Shown here one piece after another: positions 52,041 through 58,503 of a DNA stretch of 58,503 nucleotides. The stretch is taken from contig NW_021833084.1 in NCBI RefSeq assembly GCF_006345805.1, positions 1 through 58,503 on the forward strand, given 5' to 3'. The translations under genes and the position numbers were made by a program. This DNA comes from Octopus sinensis. Taxonomy: Eukaryota. Each line of letters starts with the position of its first letter. Positions within the stretch are counted from its first letter, which is position 1. Under the pieces are notes generated by a model. It was not told the DNA's origin. It saw only the letters and a list, made by a program, of their open reading frames with translations, and did not search any database.

Positions 52041-53015
52041 GTTGAAACATCGTTGTTAAAAGTTGCTTATTAGAAGATGTCAGTTAATGGAACATCATGT
52101 TCGTTGTGTTTACTTTAGAATGATTACTAAGGAGGTTACACATAAACACACACTCACGCAACACTCATGCACACATACTCAAAGGCGTACAATAAGAAAT
52201 GCGCAAGGGCAAGGATTCGCACGTCCATACACGCGCGCGCACACACATACACACACATATTCACACATACACACACACACACACACTCATACTAGCATCG
52301 TGTTTCGCTCACAGTCATTCTCTCTTTTACTCTCATACTCACACACACTGTTTTTCTCTCTCTCTGCATTTCTCTTTCTCTCTCTCTGCATTTCTCTTTC
52401 TCTCTCTTTCTCTCTCCTCCTTACTTCTGTCCCACACAATCCTACTTATGTAAAAAAAAATCTATTTATAATTAAAGTGACAGAATCGATCTTAAATCTG
52501 TCAGTTAACAGTTTTATACTTTCTACAACATTGTTACTAATCTCATATTTAATACTGTCTACAATGTTTATAAGCTGTGCCTTCGACACCCAGCCGCGTT
52601 ACACACACACACACACACAGACACGCAAACAAAAAAGCACACAGGTGATTAATCAGCAAAAGTAACAAAGTTACTCAAAGGCTGAGATTATTTATTAAAT
52701 TGACTTCAAATTTGTTGTCTGCTTTTATACTTTGTTTTATAATTATAATTATCTCTGGATTGTTCATAAGAAATTAAAATTGGAGTGTCATCTGAAAAAT
52801 GCATGTAATTTTCGAATAATCAGCCCGTTGAGCAGTTCAAGAAATAAATTAAATCAATATCTATACTATATTATCTACAGTATTATATGTATGATATAAT
52901 ATAATACAATCACACATATTGATTTGATAGTTATTTCAAGTTTTCCCTATAAGCAATCGTTAAAGGCAAAACTTGAAATCCCAATCAACTCGATTACTTC
53001 ACTAAATGTTTAAAG

Positions 53016-53843
53016 CAGTGGTTCTCAACCAGGGTCCATATGACGCCTGAGGCTCTATATAAGATCTTTGGGTGTCCACCAAAGCAAAATAGTAAATTGG
53101 GTCCACAATATCATTTTAAGGGTCAATTAGAAAACTTTGTACTTTTTGGTTATCTCACCCACATTAAAAAATTTCCATTAAAAAATTACCATTAAAAATT
53201 GGGTTATCTCCCCACTAAAAAACTGAGTTTATGTGACAAGAGATTGGATTAAAAGAGTTAGATCCTTATGATTTAATACTTCAGCACATTGTTGACGTTT
53301 GGCCTCCTCAATAGGCATAGTATGATTTGTTATGAAAATGTTATTAGATTCAATAAGATGTTTAATTTTTTCACTTTTCACGTTTATTAATTTTTTCAGT
53401 ATGTATGATTTATTATGAAAATATTGAGATTCAATAAGATGTTTCATCTTTTCACTATTTATGTTTATTAATTTTTTCAATTTGTTTTTTCCCCCTTTTA
53501 TTAAGGGTTAAACAATTTTTTATTTGAGAAAGATAACCAAAAGTACTGATATTTCTCATAGAATGGGGGTGGGGAGATGACCTATTTTTTTAATGGGGGC
53601 GAGATAACCAGAAGTACCGAAGACTTTGCTATAGATGTCTCTATTGCGAGTAACAGCTCGGTTTCTTCCACAGTTCTTCCACAATTCATCCTACACAAGG
53701 TAATGTTTGATGAACAAATGAGTAATTTTGAGAGAAGTATCTATAAAATTAGTTTTGAAACATCGAATGGCTATGGGGGTCGACCAGAATAAAATAGTAA
53801 CCAAAGTGGTCCATAGATTTTAAAAAATGGTTGAAAATGACTG
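53016..53843 (+). mobile_element. Second copy of the hAT-type MITE, with 8-bp TSD, interrupted by a nested insertion
   Basis: TIRs cagtggttctcaacc / ggttgaaaatgactg. Flanks gtttaaag (53008-53015) and gtttagag (53844-53851) match at 7/8. The internal sequence is homologous to 49956-50286. Confidence 0.85.
53139..53617. mobile_element. Nested TIR element (MITE), about 480 bp, with an internal ~80-bp tandem duplication
   Basis: Left end gtactttttggttatctcacccacattaaaaaat versus rc of the right end gtacttctggttatctcgcccccattaaaaaaaat. 53322-53399 resembles 53404-53480. Confidence 0.75.
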
Positions 53844-54541
53844 GTTTAGAGTTTCACCGTCTATAAATATTTTCTTCTGTTTTAAGAATTGATCAGCAGT
53901 ACCAAGTAATGTATATGGATATTCACACACTGGCACTTACGCAAAGGTATATATCGAAGAGAGAATGGAAGAGAAGGAGGGAGAAGGTAATACGGGGTTA
54001 GCAAAGGCAATGAAGAGAATAAAGGTGCCTGCGTATGGTGTGAAGCATGAGGATGGCAGTTTACTGCAGTTCTTGGAGAGGTGTGATCACGTGGACTACT
54101 CTGTAGATCCAGTATGTCCTGTTTAGCTGGCTCTGGAATTGGCAAGGAGAGAAAAGCAGTATTTGTGAAATAGACAGGAAAAGATAAAGTATTTTATGAT
54201 GGATATAACAGAGAAATGTGAAAGAAAAAGGAATATGAGAGCAAAATCTTCAGAGCGTGGTAAAACAAAATGGTAGCTGCATGGTTTGAATGGTTACAGC
54301 TGCAACTGGTTTGATGTGGCGGGCGTACGGATGAGCGAATTGTTAGTGGACTGCTACACTGTAGGCGTAAGGAATATAGACATTCTTTGGAATTATCAAT
54401 GTCACTTGGAACTGCAGTTAGAAAGAGTGAGATTGCCGACGGCGTCGAAATCGGTCTGATCCCGCAACACCTGATGCACTATAGCACTCTATAATGCAAC
54501 CCACCTACCTACATATCAATCTATCTATCTGTCCTGTCTGC

Positions 54542-54576
<35 letters not shown>

Positions 54577-54820
54577 ATGTATGTATGTATGTATGTACAA
54601 TATAATATATATATATATAGATATAGATAGGAAAAATGTAATTCCCAAGTCAGTGTATTTCTGGGCGATTGCAACCCTGTGAGAGTACACACACATTGAC
54701 GTGCTTCTACAGTATTAGAGCATTTTAACTCTTATTTCTAGCAATGGAGGTGTCTTTTCACTAGTCGCATTTAGTGACAATTACCTTTATGGTAAAACAT
54801 TGGCATGACTGTGTACATTA

Positions 54821-54865
<45 letters not shown>

Positions 54866-54884
54866 TAGATAGATAGATAGATAG

Positions 54885-54953
<69 letters not shown>

Positions 54954-55484
54954 GCAGAATGATGTTTCAGTTTGCATTCTGATGCGTGATATCTTGAGCA
55001 AATATATTCTGTAGCGTCGGATAGAATCAAACATTATCCGTTAAATTGAGTGGAGGGAAATCAAGTAGAAGACAGCCGGGTAGATTGTACCCGTAATTCA
55101 TAACGTACAGCCAAGTTGAAACAGCGTCGCACTGATTCGAATTGAGTATTATGTTAAGGGAACATGTATTTGTGGAGTACTCGGCCACTTACAAGTTATT
55201 GTAAGAGCAGGTAATTCAATTGACTGAACAAAGTAATCTTCACTTTTGAACGACGGAGATCCACCACCACCAAATATATGTATTTATGTATGGATGTATG
55301 TAGGTGTGTATGTGCATGTATGTATTGTGTATGCATATATGTATGTATATATGTATTAATAAATGTGTGTGTCTGTATATGCATATATACACATCTTATC
55401 TGCCACTTAACAACATTCCGACATCGTTTAAATATTTACAAAACAACTCAATTTCTATAATTAAAATTTTCATATATATATATG

Positions 55485-55545
<61 letters not shown>

Positions 55546-55547
<2 letters not shown>

Positions 55548-55654
55548 CCTGCTCGCTTAGCCGGCAGGGTGGCGTCATTTGAAGGCTAAAACAATGCGAA
55601 GTGCATGTGACCAGCGATGTGTAGCAACATCTGATTGCATGGTCGGTCACGGTG
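55546..55654 (+). mobile_element. Short interspersed repeat fragment (family D)
   Basis: ggggtggcgtcatttgaaggctaaaacaatgcgaag..gtgaccagcgatgtgtagcaacatctgat-like block between two microsatellites. Recognised from memory as an octopus repeat, single copy here. Confidence 0.45.
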
Positions 55655-55662
55655 ATATTATA

Positions 55663-55731
<69 letters not shown>

Positions 55732-55840
55732 GTGTGTGTGTGTGTGTGTGTATTAATATATATATATATAATATATATATTAAGTATATATATATATATT
55801 ATATATATATATATATGAATACATACAGAGAGATATCACA

Positions 55841-56012
55841 AAAACATAAATAAATAAAAGGCGAGAACAGGTGGTGTAGACAACAAACAGATCTATTAGT
55901 TATAACGCTCGGGAAGTGAAAATAACTCTTCAACGTTTCAAGCTACGCTTTCCACAGAAGGGAATACAGAAAAAAACAAGGAGAGAAAATATAGAATGTG
56001 TAGTTACTAGAT
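55841..56012 (-). mobile_element. Family P repeat, copy 4 (more decayed), motif at 55928-55960
   Basis: rc = ctt CUGUGGA AAGC-GUA-GCUU GAAAC GU U gaag. Confidence 0.7.
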
Positions 56013-56027
56013 GAATATATATATATG

Positions 56028-56075
<48 letters not shown>

Positions 56076-56446
56076 TAATGGATAATAAAACAAATGGTTT
56101 ACATATGGTAGCTTGCTGGTAAAGCACGGTCACTTTCAGAGTGATCGTTAGGTAAATAACAAATGAAAGACAGATGGAATATACGAGGATATATTTTTAA
56201 TCACAACAATTTTTTTGACACGTTTAACATCGACTTCTCTTGTGGGACACACAATGACTGGTTCAGAAGTATCCGATAGTGCTGACGTATCTCATCGGGT
56301 GGTAAAGAAACAAAGAAAAAATTCGTTAAAATGACTGTTCCATAATGCAACTATCGTTTTGTGAGAGAATAACAGCTAGACGGAGGAAAATTCTTCATAT
56401 ATAAGATCCCAAAATAAAATTGCAGAAGACAAAAAGAGAATATGAT

Positions 56447-56478
<32 letters not shown>

Positions 56479-57110
56479 TGTATGTATGTATGTATGTATG
56501 TATGTATGCATGTATGTATGTATGCATGTATGTATGCATACATACATACATATATATATCTATATATATATATATATGTGCATATATACATATCTATGTA
56601 TACACACACACACACATATATATACATATATGAATATATGTGTGTGTGTGTATATATATATAGATATATACTATATTATATATATATATGCATGTACAGA
56701 TTGATGAATGCGTCTATGTTTGTATATTAATATGGGTCTATAATATTCAGTTTATTACATGACATTAATATTCTAAAATTGCGATAAACGAGTGAGTGCG
56801 TGCAGCGAAAAGGAAGCTGCCGGGAAATGTAAAGCCACGCCTACCACCGGCTTATGTTTCGATGATTGACACTGTTGCTATGGCAATTAATTTCCACATA
56901 GTTTGCAACAAGGAAAGATAGGTTTAACGGTAGCAGCAGCTACACTATTCTCTTTCTCCTCTTTCTTATCGTGCGTGCGTATTATATATATGTATATATA
57001 TATATATGTATAAATACTGTGAAAATGAGGAGAAGCGATAAGAGAGTACATGCATAGATCTATACAGACACACACACACACGCGCGTGTTTATGTGTGAG
57101 TGTGTGTGTT

Positions 57111-57160
<50 letters not shown>

Positions 57161-57345
57161 CGTGGCTGGTGAATCTAATCCGATGTAACTGACCAATCCA
57201 GGACCGGTGGACTTCTATTATGTTGCAAAGCTTGATGAAGAATACAGAGGAATTTTAGAGAAATTCTTGTAGTTTGTGTTCAGAGGGGGTAACATGAAAG
57301 TGACGAGTAGTGAGAATTCGATGGACACTCACGCATATCAAAAAT

Positions 57346-57393
<48 letters not shown>

Positions 57394-57578
57394 ATGTGTA
57401 GTATGTATGTATGTATGTTATTGTTTGTATGTATGTATTATGTATGTTGGTATGTATGTGTGTGCACGCGAGCGTGTGGGCCCATGTATCTATCCATGTT
57501 TGTTCTTATGAATGATTATATATAAAAGCGGTAAACATTAAACTGAACAAACGTTTAATACTTTTCAGTACTGTATCA

Positions 57579-57631
<53 letters not shown>

Positions 57632-57816
57632 TATATTATGCAAGCAAAAGTTTGGCAGTGACATCAGTGTTTCTTTAACTAGCTCTGCCAGAGCACAGTC
57701 TTGAAGTGTTTCGTTGAAAACAAACCAACACCAGGCCTTTTTGAAGTTTGGTTTGCTTAATCAATTAGTCCCTTTTACCAATCCAGAACCATGCAAAGCG
57801 AACATGAGGTGTATAT

Positions 57817-57853
<37 letters not shown>

Positions 57854-57905
57854 TATATATATATGTGTGTGTGTTGACGTATATATATGTATATAGTTGT
57901 CTGTG

Positions 57906-57967
<62 letters not shown>

Positions 57968-58156
57968 ATATATATATATACAGCAAAAATTTAGATTCAA
58001 ATGAATATGGTACTTAATTTAGATGCACCAGAATTTTGTATGGTGTTATCCATAAAAATCCGTGGGGAGATTATAATTAAAGTAAGCAACAAGAATGGCT
58101 CCGGAGTCATTCTTGTTGCTTATTTTGAGTATATATATATATATATATATATATAT

Positions 58157-58323
58157 AGGCGTAGGCGTGGCTGTGTGGTAAGAAGCTTGCTTTCCAACCA
58201 CATGGTTCGGGTTTCAGTCTCACTGAGTGGCACTTTGGGCAAGTGTCTTCTACCATAGCCTCAGGGCCGACCAAAGACTTGTGAATGGATTTGGTAGACG
58301 GAAACTGAAAGAAAGCCCGTCGT

Positions 58324-58372
<49 letters not shown>

Positions 58373-58503
58373 AATATTTGGACGTTTATGTCTGTGTTTG
58401 TTCCCCACCATCGCTTGAAAACCGATGTTGGTGTGTTTACGTCACTGTAACTTTGTGGTTTCGCATAAGACACCGCTAGAATAAGTACCAGGCTTACAAG
58501 GAA
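58157..58503 (+). mobile_element. SINE family A, full 5' end, runs off the window
   Basis: aggcgtaggcgtggctgtgtggtaagaagc (tRNA-like A box), gggtttcagtctcact (B-box region), internal (CA)n, start of the 3' half. Confidence 0.9.

Noticed and set aside
53887-53946. 60-nt AG..GT-bounded segment (IDQQYQVMYMDIHTLALTQ) after a pyrimidine tract on +
   Set aside because: Weak donor (gtatat), unrecognisable peptide and no partner exons. Expected by chance in 58 kb.
56250-56305. CCGATGA-GATA..TATC-GGATAC..GTC on the - strand
   Set aside because: GAAA is replaced by GGAT, and stems I and III do not pair. Compatible with chance.
57188-57272. Peptide LTNPGPVDFYYVAKLDEEYRGILEKFL resembling a Tc1 transposase segment
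   Set aside because: 27 aa only, with no flanking DDE motifs or TIRs. Cannot be supported without a search.

Overview
AT-rich, microsatellite-saturated animal genomic DNA. The repeat complement (bipartite tRNA-type SINEs with an internal (TA)n(TG)n tract, RTE/CR1/Tx1/R4 LINE relics, hAT MITEs) looks like an octopus (coleoid cephalopod) genome. That species call is recognition-based inference, not a search result. I found no intact host protein-coding gene, so the window is intergenic or deep intronic. Almost all ORF-track entries are translations of microsatellites. The real coding remnants are a ~2.95-kb disrupted L1/Tx1-clade ORF2 (36256-39203, +), a CR1-clade 3' fragment (1352-2112, -), two RTE relics and an R4/Dong-type endonuclease relic. 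The most interesting signal is non-coding. At least three, probably four, unrelated short repeat families each carry a type I hammerhead-ribozyme fold with a non-canonical core. CCGAUGA (U4C) occurs at 40875-40930 and 45293-45330, CUGUNGA (A6U) occurs in four copies of one family, and there is a decayed copy at 24869-24954. All have palindromic stem III, and all seven lie on the - strand. The window also holds several long near-perfect fold-backs (34-70 bp arms) and a SINE/LINE shared 3' stem-loop with compensatory base changes. Ribozyme activity and all family names are untested inferences. SINE labels A-D are my own working names.
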